From an uncultured Chloroflexia bacterium (GTDB lineage: Bacteria > Chloroflexota > Limnocylindria > Limnocylindrales > CSP1-4): a DNA stretch of 64,000 nt. Location: contig CAVVCZ010000005.1 of NCBI GenBank assembly GCA_963746845.1, forward strand, positions 128,001-192,000. The letters run 5' to 3'. The translations under genes were made by a program, and so were the position numbers. Below, piece after piece: positions 48,964 to 58,911 of this stretch. The notes below the pieces were generated by a model. That model searched no databases. It saw only the letters and a program-made list of their open reading frames with translations, and was not told the origin of the DNA. Each line of letters opens with the position of its first letter. Within the stretch, counting starts at the first letter, position 1.

Positions 48964-50541
48964 TCAGCCGGCCCGGCTGAGCTCCCGCGCCAGCGGGTCG
49001 AACGGGTCCGAGCGCTCGGCGACCGCGTCCGCGCCGATCCGGGCGTTCGCGCCGTGCGACGGCGTGTCGCCGACGACCACGCGCCAGCCCTCGTCCGCGA
49101 GCCGCTCCAGCGTTCGGAGTGCCGCCTCGGCGGTGGCGCGGGCGTGGGCGAGGGCCGCGCCGGTCAGCACGCCGGGCTCGAAGGCGGATCCGAGCTCGCC
49201 CGCGACCAGCGCCGCGACCCGCGCCGCGCGGATCGTCCGGCGGTCGGGCCGGTGGCGGACGACCGCGGCGGTGGGACCGCCCGGCTGGATCGCCGACACG
49301 AGGGCGGGCCACAGCTCCCCTGCTCCCGGGTCGATCGCTCGCGGCTCGTCGAACACGAGCTCGTGCTCGGGCAGCAAGGCGCGGCGCAGGCTCACCTCGC
49401 CGGCGGCGCGGGTGACCGGGTCGCTCTCCTCGACGAGCCACGGGGTCAGGCCACCGATCAGGATCTGGTCGTTCGACAGGCCGTTTCCGCGGGCGACCAC
49501 GACCCCGACGAGCTGGAGCGCCAACGCGCGACCGGCGCGCACCGCGGGCTCGGACGGAACGCCGCGTGCGAGGTCCGGTCCCACGACGAGCGGCCCGGCG
49601 CCGATGACGACCTCCACGCCGCCCCGGGCGAGGAGGGCCTGGCCGAACGCATGGTCCGCGAGGGCACGGTCGGGCGCAACATGGCCGTCGACGATCTCGC
49701 CGAGTGGGTCCGATCGGGCGACGTCGATCCGCTCGAAGCCCGCGACGATCGCGCCCTCGGGCGCCCCGAGCGGGGCCGTGACCATCCCGAGGCGGACGTA
49801 GCCGCGTCGCTGGGCGGCGGCCTCGTCGAGCGCGCGACGCAGCCCACCCAGCGCACGCTGGCTCCCGGACGGGGCCTGCTCCACGGTGTCCGCGCCGGTC
49901 GTCGAGCCCGCCCGCGGCTGCCACACGGGGGCTTCGATGCCGGCCCGCTTCAGGCGGTCGCTCAGCTCGCGCCCGATGGGCACCTCGACCTCGAGCAGGT
50001 CGGCGCCGGCGTCGACCGCGGCCCGCGCCTCGTCGAGGGCACCGGCCAGGTCCGGCTCGCCGATCGCGGCCCCGACCCACGGCCGGCGCGGCTCCCCGAA
50101 GACGTCGATCAGCTCGGAGCGAGCCGTCCGGTTCGCGTCGATCCGCTCGATCGCCGCGGCGACCAGTCGACGGGCCTCCTCCTCGGCGATGGCCCGTCGG
50201 TCGGGCTCGCGCAGGAGGGCCGCCTCCATGCCGAGGTCGACGGCACCGGACGCGATGTCGAGGGCCAGCCGCTGCGGGTCGACGTCGTACTCCGCCAGGG
50301 CCATCGCGAACGGCAGGACGATCCCCCCGCCGAGCCGGTCGCGGCCACCGTCGAGGTAGCGATCGACGACCGCCCACGCCAGCGGCCGGCCGGCAGTGTC
50401 GAGCCCGCTGATCCCGAACATCCGGAGCATCGCCCGCTCGCGACCGACGGTCGTCGATCCACGGGCCCGGCCCGCCCACGCCCCGGCCAGCGTCTCGGCG
50501 CGCTCCGTCAGGCGGTCGAGGGGTCCGAGGTCCGCGGCCAT
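48964..50541 (-). CDS. Divergent lysine 5,6-aminomutase alpha subunit (KamD)-like protein
   Basis: STTVGRERAMLRMFGISG...VVD...LGGG, GAD, PE...R.D...D and R...D pattern of KamD; no beta subunit nearby. Confidence 0.6.
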   Translation of the reverse strand: MAADLGPLDRLTERAETLAGAWAGRARGSTTVGRERAMLRMFGISGLDTAGRPLAWAVVDRYLDGGRDRLGGGIVLPFAMALAEYDVDPQRLALDIASGAVDLGMEAALLREPDRRAIAEEEARRLVAAAIERIDANRTARSELIDVFGEPRRPWVGAAIGEPDLAGALDEARAAVDAGADLLEVEVPIGRELSDRLKRAGIEAPVWQPRAGSTTGADTVEQAPSGSQRALGGLRRALDEAAAQRRGYVRLGMVTAPLGAPEGAIVAGFERIDVARSDPLGEIVDGHVAPDRALADHAFGQALLARGGVEVVIGAGPLVVGPDLARGVPSEPAVRAGRALALQLVGVVVARGNGLSNDQILIGGLTPWLVEESDPVTRAAGEVSLRRALLPEHELVFDEPRAIDPGAGELWPALVSAIQPGGPTAAVVRHRPDRRTIRAARVAALVAGELGSAFEPGVLTGAALAHARATAEAALRTLERLADEGWRVVVGDTPSHGANARIGADAVAERSDPFDPLARELSRAG

Positions 50542-50599
50542 GGCCGAAGGATGCCTCAGCCGGGACGCCGCTGCGCGTCGGTTTCCGGGTGAGATGGCG

Positions 50600-51403
50600 T
50601 CAGCCGCCGTCGGCGACCGGTTCGGTCGCCCGTTCGCGCGCCGGCTCGCCGATCCAGACATGACCGTCGTCGAACCGCTCGGCCTTCCAGATCGGTGCGC
50701 GCGCCTTCGTCTCGTCGATCGCGTAGCGAACCGCGCGGAACGCGGCGTCCCGATGGGGCGCCACGGCGACGATCGCGATGCTCGCCTCGCCGAGGGCCAC
50801 CTCCCCGGTCCGGTGGACGATCGCCAGCCGGGTCACGTCGAACCGGTCGGCGATCTCGTCGGCGATCGTCGCGAGGACGCGCAGCGCCATCGACTCGTGG
50901 GCCTCGTAGCCGAGCGACTCGACGGACCGGCCGGTGTGCCGGGCCGCCTCGGCCTCCTGGCCCGGTGCCGGCGTCCCCGGCGAGATCCGGGTCCGGCCGA
51001 CGAACCCGACGACCGCGCCGTCCTCCGGCGTCGCGAGGCGGTCCTCGAGGTCGGCGAGGATCGTCCGGGCGAGTGGGGCCTCGACGATCTCGAGGATCCG
51101 TGTCTCCGTCGCGCCGCCGCTCACCGGCGGGATGAACGCCACCTCGTCGCCGTCGGCCAGCACGGTGGAGGCATCGGCGTAGTCGCCGTTCCGGGCGAAC
51201 CGGACGGACGGCCGGCCGGGGGCGAGGCTCGGGTGGGCCGCGGCGACCGCCGCCCAGGCATCGTCGATCGTCGCACCGGCGGGCACGTCGAGCGCCACCT
51301 CGCGGGTGCCGGCGAGCTCCCGCTGGATGGCGAACAGCCGAACCCGGACGCGGATCGTCGGGCGGGCCCGGGCCGGGGATTCGGGCGACGTCGCCTCAGC
51401 CAC
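50600..51403 (-). CDS. Fused molybdopterin synthase MoaD-MoaE (MoaX-like)
   Basis: VRLFA...DGDEVAFIPPVSGG then GAVV.FVG..R, YEAH, HRTG, HRDAAF, K.RAPIWKAE. Confidence 0.88.
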   Translation of the reverse strand: MAEATSPESPARARPTIRVRVRLFAIQRELAGTREVALDVPAGATIDDAWAAVAAAHPSLAPGRPSVRFARNGDYADASTVLADGDEVAFIPPVSGGATETRILEIVEAPLARTILADLEDRLATPEDGAVVGFVGRTRISPGTPAPGQEAEAARHTGRSVESLGYEAHESMALRVLATIADEIADRFDVTRLAIVHRTGEVALGEASIAIVAVAPHRDAAFRAVRYAIDETKARAPIWKAERFDDGHVWIGEPARERATEPVADGG

Positions 51404-52058
51404 GGAACCCCGCGACCAGCAGGCCGTCGCCGACCGGCAGGATCGTCGCCTGGAACCGCGGGTCGGCGAGCACGGCCCGGTCGAACGCGGCCAGCGCCGC
51501 GGTGTCGGCGTCGCCCGGCGGCGGCTCGACGACGCGGCCACTCCACAGGACGTTGTCGGCGACAACGAGCGCACCAGGCGCGAGACGCGGGACGAGCGCA
51601 TCCAGGTACGCCGGATACTCCCGCTTGATCGCATCGATGAACGCGAGGTCGAACGGGCCGGCGAGAGCGGCTTCGTCGGCGGCGAACGCGTCGAGCGCCT
51701 TCGCGGTCACGACCGTGATCCGATCGTCGTCGATCCCGGCAGCGCGCCACCAGCCGCGGGCGCGGTCCGTGCGGGACCGGTCCGGGTCGATCGTCACGAT
51801 CCGCCCGTCCGCCGGCTGCCCGAGCGCCAGCCACAGCGTCGAGTAGCCGAAGGCCGTGCCGACCTCGACGATCCGCGGCCGGCCGGCGGCGAGGGCGGCC
51901 AGGACCCGCCCCGAGTCCCGGTCGACGATCGGGATCCGCTCGTCGCCCTCCGTGGCCGCGGTCTCGATCGCGGCGAGGGCCGTGGACAGCGGCCGCGCCA
52001 GCGACTCGACCCAGTCGACCTCGCGCGCCCCGGGGAGCCAGCCTCGATCGTTCTTCAT
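51396..52058 (-). CDS. SAM-dependent O-methyltransferase
   Basis: VEVGTAFGYS, FIDA.K..Y, ADNVLWSG, GDGL. Confidence 0.88.
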   Translation of the reverse strand: MKNDRGWLPGAREVDWVESLARPLSTALAAIETAATEGDERIPIVDRDSGRVLAALAAGRPRIVEVGTAFGYSTLWLALGQPADGRIVTIDPDRSRTDRARGWWRAAGIDDDRITVVTAKALDAFAADEAALAGPFDLAFIDAIKREYPAYLDALVPRLAPGALVVADNVLWSGRVVEPPPGDADTAALAAFDRAVLADPRFQATILPVGDGLLVAGFRG

Positions 52059-52065
52059 CTCGTCC

Positions 52066-52902
52066 TCAGACCAGGAGCCCCGCCCCGAAGTACAGGCCCG
52101 CGGCAAGGATCGTCCCGGCCGCGATCGTCCCGACGTTGATGTAGAGCAGCCCGGTCGCCGACTCCATCGAACGGGTCCGGGCGGTCTGGAGGGCCGCCCA
52201 CGACACGACGAGCGGGAAGATCAGTCCCACGATCAGGCGGAGCCAGACGAACAGCGCCCACGGCCCGACGAGGACCGCGAACGGCCCGCCGCCGCCGGGG
52301 CCGGCGCCGGTCGACACCCAGACCGCGAACAGGACGACCTGGAGCGCGACGACCGCGAGGAGGCCGCGGGAGATCAGGATCAGCGGCGCCTCGGGAAGCT
52401 TCGGCGTCACGAGGTACCAGTGGCCGAGGATCATCGCCGCGAAGACACCGCCGGTCGCGATCGCCAGCACGCCGAGCTGGAGCAGGAGCGGCACGGCGAA
52501 CAGGGTGCCGCCGCCCCAGGCCAGGGCCCCGAACACCAGGGCCGCTGCCGCCGCGACGAGACAGGCGACGACCAGCGGAGTGGCGCGCCGGCGTCGGGTG
52601 AGGGCGACGACGTAGATGGCGGCGAGGATGCAGAAGGCGGCGAGCGCGATCCGTCGTGGCGTGTCGAACGTCGGATCGATGTGGATCGGCGAGCCCTGGC
52701 TCGGGATCGGCAGCGCCTGATCGGACAGGTAGGCGAGGATCCCGAGCACGACGGCGCAGGCGGCAGTGAAGGCGAGGAACCCGCGGGTCGCTTCCGTCCG
52801 GAACCGGGCGACCACGACGGCGACGAAGGAGCCGATCGCCAGGCCGGTCAGGACCGTCCAGTTGATGAACGCGAGGTTCTCGGCAATCCGTTCGGCGGGC
52901 AT
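52066..52902 (-). CDS. Polytopic membrane protein with MILGHWYL motif
   Basis: About 8 TM; GHWYL..P and SATGLLY motifs. Confidence 0.75.
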   Translation of the reverse strand: MPAERIAENLAFINWTVLTGLAIGSFVAVVVARFRTEATRGFLAFTAACAVVLGILAYLSDQALPIPSQGSPIHIDPTFDTPRRIALAAFCILAAIYVVALTRRRRATPLVVACLVAAAAALVFGALAWGGGTLFAVPLLLQLGVLAIATGGVFAAMILGHWYLVTPKLPEAPLILISRGLLAVVALQVVLFAVWVSTGAGPGGGGPFAVLVGPWALFVWLRLIVGLIFPLVVSWAALQTARTRSMESATGLLYINVGTIAAGTILAAGLYFGAGLLV

Positions 52903-52916
52903 CGACCGAGTGTAGC

Positions 52917-52950
52917 CGAGGAGCCCGCGACCACCGTCGCGGGCTCCTCG
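52917..52950 (-). terminator. Perfect 15-bp stem hairpin downstream of the M23 gene
   Basis: cgaggagcccgcgac-cacc-gtcgcgggctcctcg. Confidence 0.6.
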
Positions 52951-52995
52951 TCGTGGCGTGTCATCCGGGCGGGCCCAGGGCCGCCCGGACCGGGA

Positions 52996-53475
52996 TCAGG
53001 CGTAGCGCCCGGGAAGCAGGCGGCCGTTGTCGATGTACCGCCACGGGTTCAGGCGGTACGAGCCGTGGGCCCACGGCCGGCCGTGCCAGATCTCGACGTG
53101 GAGGTGCGGCCCCGACGCGCAGCCGGTCCGGCCCACGTAGCCGATCGTCTCCGAGCCGCCGGTGACGAGCTCGCCACGGTGGGTCGACAGCGCGCTGAGG
53201 TGGTAGTAGGCGGAGTACAGTCCGTGGCCGTGGTAGACCCAGACCTGGCGGCCGCCGCAGTTGCTCTTCGAGCCGGCGAAGACCACGCGACCGGACCGGA
53301 TCGGGACGACGCGGATGCCCCTGTGGGCCGCGATGTCGATCGCCGGGTGGTGCCGGCTGGCCCACTGGCTGACGTAGGCGGTTCGACTGGCGACGGGCCA
53401 GGCGGCGAGGGCGGTTGCCGGAAGGATGATGGTCGCGAACGACGCGACGACGAGTGCACGGGTGAGCTTGCGCAT
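52996..53475 (-). CDS. Secreted M23 family peptidase
   Basis: Signal peptide; HPAID, YYHL, GPHLH. Confidence 0.88.
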   Translation of the reverse strand: MRKLTRALVVASFATIILPATALAAWPVASRTAYVSQWASRHHPAIDIAAHRGIRVVPIRSGRVVFAGSKSNCGGRQVWVYHGHGLYSAYYHLSALSTHRGELVTGGSETIGYVGRTGCASGPHLHVEIWHGRPWAHGSYRLNPWRYIDNGRLLPGRYA

Positions 53476-53840
53476 GACGGATCGATGGGCGCGCGCCGTG
53501 GCGGTGCCCCTGCTCCTTTCTGCCGGACGGCGCGCGCGGATGCACGAGCCGACGATCTGACGACCGCGCCCGGCCGGGCAGGAGGCGCACGCGGTGACGC
53601 GCGCACACCAGGGGCGGCGGATGAACGGACCGGTCCACCGGGCTCGACGCGCGCTCGATGCGGCGATGAGCCCTCTGGGGGGTGGTGGCCGGGCGGAAGT
53701 CTGCCATGCCGCCCGGGTTTTGTCAGATGGCCGGCGGCCGAGCCTGCAATCGACGGCGGCTCGCGCGATGATCGACCGGACAGCCGAACCGCCGCCGAGA
53801 CACGGTTGCCGCGGCGGCCCGCCCCTGGAGGTCCGACGCG

Positions 53841-54569
53841 ATGGCGCTACCGGGCAGCACGACGTTCACGTGGTACGGACATAGCTGCTGGGAGGTGCTC
53901 ACACCCGGCGGCCGGACGATCCTGCTCGACCCGTGGTTCGGCAACCCGCTGAGCCCGAAGACGCCCGATGCCGTCGAGCGATGCGACCTGTTGCTCGTCA
54001 GCCATGGCCACGGCGACCATTTCGGCGACTCCCTGTCGATCGCCAGCCGGACCCAACCCACGTGGCCGTGCATCCACGAGATGAGCCTGTGGCTCGCCCG
54101 GAATTACGCCCACCCGGATCAGCTCATCGGGATGAACAAGGGCGGCACCGTCGACGTCGCGGGGATCAAGGTCACGATGGTCCGCGCCGAGCACTCGTCC
54201 GGCGAGATCTACGGCGCCGCCGAGTCCGCGATCTACCTGGGCGAGCCGGTGGGCTTCGTCGTCGAGGTCGAGGACGGGTCTCGGTTCTACTTCGCCGGCG
54301 ACACGGACGTCTTCTCCGACATGCGCCTGATCGGCGACCGGTTCCGGCCGATCGTCGCCTTCCTCCCGATCGGCGGCCACTACACGATGGGCCCGGCGTC
54401 GGCCGCGCTCGCGACCGAGCTGCTGGGCGTCACGGACGTGGTCCCGATGCACTACGGCACGTTCCCGATCCTCGATGGGACTCCCGACGCGCTCCGGACG
54501 GCTCTCGCAGGCCGCGGCCTCGGGCATGTGGACGTCCACCTCACGACCCCGGGCGGCAGCCTGACGTAA
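53841..54569 (+). CDS. Metal-dependent hydrolase (UPF0173, MBL fold)
   Basis: GHS, DPW, SHGHGDH, AEHSS, AGDT, PIGGHYTM, PMHYGTF. Confidence 0.9.
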   Translation: MALPGSTTFTWYGHSCWEVLTPGGRTILLDPWFGNPLSPKTPDAVERCDLLLVSHGHGDHFGDSLSIASRTQPTWPCIHEMSLWLARNYAHPDQLIGMNKGGTVDVAGIKVTMVRAEHSSGEIYGAAESAIYLGEPVGFVVEVEDGSRFYFAGDTDVFSDMRLIGDRFRPIVAFLPIGGHYTMGPASAALATELLGVTDVVPMHYGTFPILDGTPDALRTALAGRGLGHVDVHLTTPGGSLT

Positions 54570-54785
54570 TCGCTGGCGCGATCCGTGGTGCCGGCCGTCA
54601 CCGTTCGAGGACCGGTCGGCCGCGGTCGGTGACGGTCCGGTGCGGTCGCAGCCCGGACCTCCGGGCGAGGCGGCCGGACCGATAGCCCATTCCTCAGTCG
54701 TGCGCCCGCGCCCGAGGATCGCCGCACGACCCGCCGAGCGGGTCCGACGACGGGTCCCGGACAGGACCGACGGCAGGGGGCGAGG

Positions 54786-55229
54786 ATGCGAACCGGATCC
54801 GCGGGCGTCGCCACGTTTCGCCATGTCGGACTGGTCGCCCTCGAGGCCCTCCTCATCGCCGTCCTCGTCTGGATCGCCGCGATGACCCTCGCCGGCGCCG
54901 GCCATTCGAACGGGCTGGTCGGCTCGGCCGAGGCCGGTCGCAACGCCGGGACGGTCACCGTGAAGCCCGCGATTCGCGGTCAGGCGGCGCTCGTGTCCAC
55001 GACCGGCGCGCCGGACGCCGGCTGGGTGCATCTCGGCTGCACGCAGGGCGAGACGGTCGTCCTCAGCCGGTGGGCCCGCCTCGACGCCCAGGGCCGCGCG
55101 ACGGTCCGCCTCGACGGAAGCCTCGCATGGAAGGCGGGCGACGCGGACTGCGTCGCGGAGATCGGCTACTTCTCGGCGAATGGTCGCTGGCGCGTCGACG
55201 ACGCGGCAGCGTTCACCGCGACGACCTGA
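54786..55229 (+). CDS. Hypothetical exported/membrane-anchored protein
   Basis: N-terminal hydrophobic helix; GAGG RBS. Confidence 0.6.
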   Translation: MRTGSAGVATFRHVGLVALEALLIAVLVWIAAMTLAGAGHSNGLVGSAEAGRNAGTVTVKPAIRGQAALVSTTGAPDAGWVHLGCTQGETVVLSRWARLDAQGRATVRLDGSLAWKAGDADCVAEIGYFSANGRWRVDDAAAFTATT

Positions 55230-55238
55230 CGCCCGAGA

Positions 55239-57317
55239 TCAGCCGATCGGCACCGGCGCGTTGCCGAGGTCGTGCTGCGGGCGTCCGCCGAGGGCCGGCT
55301 CCAGGACACCGTCGTCCACCGCGCCAGGTTCGTCCGTTGCGGCCGGAAGGGACTCCGCGACTGCCGCCGCGCCGGCGACCTTCGGCGGCCAGTTGCTGAC
55401 CAGCTCGAACAGGGTCGTGCGGAGCTCGTTGTCCCGGTCTCCGAGGGCGAGCTCGAGGAGGAGCCGGGCGCGACTGGACACGTCGAGCGGCGGGATTGCC
55501 TCCGCGACGCGGAGAATCTTGTCGACCTCGGTCCGCTCGACGGTCTCGGTTTCGTAGAAGAGGCTCTCGTGAAGCTTCTCGCCGGGACGCAGCCCGGTGT
55601 ACCGGATCGGGACGCTGGTCTCGTCGCGGCCGGTGAGCCGGATCAGGTCGTGGGCCATGTCGACGATCTTCACCGGCTCGCCCATGTCGAGCACGAACAG
55701 GTCGCCCGGGCGACCAATCGCGGCGGCGTCCAGGATCAGCCAGCCGGCCTCCTGCATCGTCATGAAGTAACGGGTCATCTCGGGGTGGGTGATCGTGATC
55801 GGCTCGCCGTTCTCCAGCTGGCTCTGGAAGATCGGCAGCACGCTCCCGGCCGAGCCGAGCACGTTGCCGAACCGGACGGCGACATACGCGCGTCCGGTGG
55901 CCTGCGCGGCATCCGCGACGAGCCACTCGGCGAGCCGCTTCGTCGCACCCATGACGCTCGACGGCTCGACGGCCTTGTCCGTGGAGACGAGGACGAAGCG
56001 GGGCACGTCGGCCTCGACGGCGGCCGCCAGGACGGCCATCGTGCCGCCCACGTTGACCTGGACACCCTCGGACGGGTGCTCCTCCATCATCGGCACGTGC
56101 TTGCACGCGGCCGCGTGGAAGATCACGGACGGCCGGGTCGAGGCGATGAGCCGGGACATGACGGCGCGGCTGGCGACGTTGGCGAGATGGACCGACAGCT
56201 CGCCGGCCCCGCGCCCGTCCATCCGGCGCAGCTCCAGCTCCCGCTGGATCAGGTAGAGCGGGCTCTCGGCGCGGTCGACGAGCACGAGCTGCTTCGGGCG
56301 GAACGCGTAGACCTGGCGGGCGAGCTCCGACCCGATGGAGCCGCCGGCGCCGGTGACCATCACGACCTGGTCGCGGATCGACTCGGCAACCTCGGGGGCG
56401 TGGGTCGTGACCTGCTCGCGGGTGAGCAGGTCCTCGACCTGAATGTCGCGGACGCGATGCGCGTTCCACGTGCCATCGAACAGGCCGTGGACGGGGGGCA
56501 CGGTCCGGACCTGGACCCCGGCCTCGATCGCCTGGTCCATGATCCGGCGGACCACCTCGCCCGAGGGGTTCGGCAGCGTGATCAGGAGCATCCGGGCGCC
56601 GGTCCGGCGGATCGCCTCATCGAGCTGGTCGAGGCCACCGAAGACCGGCAGGCCGGCGACGGTGCTGCCCCGCTTGGCGGGATCGCGATCGAGGAACCCG
56701 ACCGGCTTCACGCCGGCCGCAGGCTCGCGCTTGGCCGAGCGCGCCATCATCGCGCCGGCCCGGCCGGCCCCGAACAGCAGGGCCGGGGTCAGGGTGACGG
56801 TCGTCCCGCCGACGACGGCCCGGGTGCCGACCTCGCTCAACGCGCGCAGCAGGAAGCGGATCCCGCCGATCAGGCCGAGGGTGAACACGAACTCGAGGAT
56901 CCAGAAGGAAGTTGGAAGCTTCGCGGCCATGAGACCGGGAATGAGGTAGAGCGCCTGCGCGAGGATCACGCAGATGATGGTGCCGGTGGCGATCGCGAGG
57001 ACGATCTGGGTCAGCTCGGGAACGCTCGCATGGCTCCACAGCCGGCGGCACAGGCCGAACCGATCGTTCACGATCGGCCGCACGACAAGGGGCAGGAGGA
57101 GGATCGGCCCGTAAGCGCTGGTCAGGGCGGCCCCGACCGGATCTTCGCCTCCGAGGACGAGCGCCAGATAGATCGACAGCACGATGAACGCGAGGTCGAT
57201 CACGAAGAGATGGCGGCCGCGGAACGAGTGGATCACCGGCAGCAGCCGATCGCGCATCCAGCGACCGATCTCCTGGGCCGTGGCCACCGGCGCCATCACG
57301 GCCTCGTGCGAGGTCAT
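55239..57317 (-). CDS. Polysaccharide biosynthesis UDP-GlcNAc 4,6-dehydratase (CapD/PglF-like)
   Basis: N-terminal TMs; TGAGGSIGSEL, STDKAV, MGATK, RFGNVLGS, GLRPGEKL. Confidence 0.92.
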   Translation of the reverse strand: MTSHEAVMAPVATAQEIGRWMRDRLLPVIHSFRGRHLFVIDLAFIVLSIYLALVLGGEDPVGAALTSAYGPILLLPLVVRPIVNDRFGLCRRLWSHASVPELTQIVLAIATGTIICVILAQALYLIPGLMAAKLPTSFWILEFVFTLGLIGGIRFLLRALSEVGTRAVVGGTTVTLTPALLFGAGRAGAMMARSAKREPAAGVKPVGFLDRDPAKRGSTVAGLPVFGGLDQLDEAIRRTGARMLLITLPNPSGEVVRRIMDQAIEAGVQVRTVPPVHGLFDGTWNAHRVRDIQVEDLLTREQVTTHAPEVAESIRDQVVMVTGAGGSIGSELARQVYAFRPKQLVLVDRAESPLYLIQRELELRRMDGRGAGELSVHLANVASRAVMSRLIASTRPSVIFHAAACKHVPMMEEHPSEGVQVNVGGTMAVLAAAVEADVPRFVLVSTDKAVEPSSVMGATKRLAEWLVADAAQATGRAYVAVRFGNVLGSAGSVLPIFQSQLENGEPITITHPEMTRYFMTMQEAGWLILDAAAIGRPGDLFVLDMGEPVKIVDMAHDLIRLTGRDETSVPIRYTGLRPGEKLHESLFYETETVERTEVDKILRVAEAIPPLDVSSRARLLLELALGDRDNELRTTLFELVSNWPPKVAGAAAVAESLPAATDEPGAVDDGVLEPALGGRPQHDLGNAPVPIG

Positions 57318-57654
57318 CGAGTGCCTCCAGGGACTCGGCTGGGAGTGGTCCGGCTGGCTGTCGGCAGTGCCAACCGACCCATGGAATTGAACAATGCATG
57401 ACCCCCCAGGCGAAGCGTCCCCTTGACGGCGGAGGCCCCGATTCCCGCGGCTCCACCCGACGTGTTACCCGCTGGCGATCGTAGCCAAAAGGGCCACTCG
57501 TGACTAGGTCCAATTACCTAGTAGCGTGAGAAACGGTGCGTGGACGCACCGAGCCCGAACGGGCGTTGTCGCCTCGCCGACACGCGATGACCGGCAGGTG
57601 TTCCCGGGACAACTTGCCGATTCGGCCGCGCTCGCCGCCGCCGCTCGCCCGCCC

Positions 57655-58911
57655 CTAGTTTCGCGCAGGCAGGAGGATCTCGCAGAACGCGCTGACCACC
57701 CGGTCGAGGTCCGCGTTCGTCATCCCCGGCCACAGTGGCAGTGAGATGACGCGCTGGAATTCGCGCGTCGCGACCGAGAGATCGTGCGGCGTCGTCTCCG
57801 GCCGGCGTCGATAGTACGGGTGCAGGTGCAGCGGGATGAAATGAACGCTCGCCCCGATCCCGCGGTCCCGCAGCGCATCCATCACGGCATCCCGGCTGAT
57901 GCTGAGCCGATCGAGCCGGAGCCGGACGATGAACAGGTGCCAGGCGTGTGAGCCGTCGGGGGTGTCGGCCGCGAGCTCCAGGACGTCGTCCAGTTCGGCG
58001 CTCGCGAAGCGTTCGACATAGCCTTTCCGGAGCTCGCGCCGCGCGGCGAGCAGCTCTTCCGCCCTGCCGAGCTGGGCGATCCCGAGTGCGGCCGCGATGT
58101 CCGTCATGTTGTACTTGTAGCCGGCGTCCTCGATCTCGTATGCCCACGTCCCCGCTGCCGTATACCGGTTCCAGGCGTGTCGACTGATCCCGTGCATGGA
58201 CATCAGCCGCACGCGGTCCGCAACGGCGTCGTCGTCGGTCACGAGCATTCCGCCCTCGCCGGTCGTGATCGTCTTCGTCGCGTAGAACGAAAACGCTCCG
58301 ACCCGTCCGATGGTCCCGGCGTATCGACCGTCGAGCGCCGGGATCCGGCTCGGGAACGCATGAGCGGCATCCTCGACCACCGGAATCCCGCGTCGATCCA
58401 GAGAACTGACAAGGTCGCCGATGTCCATCGGCCGCCCGGCCAGGTGGACGGCGATCACCGCCTTGGTCCGGGGAGTCACCGCGGCTTCGATCGATTCCGG
58501 CGTCGCGTTGAGCGACTCGCCGTCCACGTCCACGAGGATCGGCGTGGCACCCCGATAGACGACCACTTCGGCGCTTGCAGCGAAGGTCCACGTCGGGACG
58601 ATGACCTCGTCACCCGGCCCGATCGACAGTGCGTCCAGCGCCAGATGCAAGGCCGCCGTCGCCGAGTTCAGTGCAACCGCGTGGCGGCTCCCGACCTTCT
58701 CGGCGAAGCGCGCCTCGAATTCCTTCGTCCGAGCACCGGTCGTGAGCCAGCCGGAGTCCAGGACCTCGAGCACCGCCGCCCGCTCCACGTCCGTGATCGA
58801 TGGTCGAGCGAACGGCAGGAAGTCCGGCATCGGACGGGCGGCAGATGCACTTGTCCCCAGGCCCGCGACAACGGCATCGGTGCGGGGTACCGACGCGGCG
58901 CCGTCGGTCAT
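57655..58911 (-). CDS. DegT/DnrJ/EryC1/StrS sugar aminotransferase
   Basis: SATAALH, EDAAHA, FSFYATKTITTGEGG, GYKYNM. Confidence 0.93.
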   Translation of the reverse strand: MTDGAASVPRTDAVVAGLGTSASAARPMPDFLPFARPSITDVERAAVLEVLDSGWLTTGARTKEFEARFAEKVGSRHAVALNSATAALHLALDALSIGPGDEVIVPTWTFAASAEVVVYRGATPILVDVDGESLNATPESIEAAVTPRTKAVIAVHLAGRPMDIGDLVSSLDRRGIPVVEDAAHAFPSRIPALDGRYAGTIGRVGAFSFYATKTITTGEGGMLVTDDDAVADRVRLMSMHGISRHAWNRYTAAGTWAYEIEDAGYKYNMTDIAAALGIAQLGRAEELLAARRELRKGYVERFASAELDDVLELAADTPDGSHAWHLFIVRLRLDRLSISRDAVMDALRDRGIGASVHFIPLHLHPYYRRRPETTPHDLSVATREFQRVISLPLWPGMTNADLDRVVSAFCEILLPARN

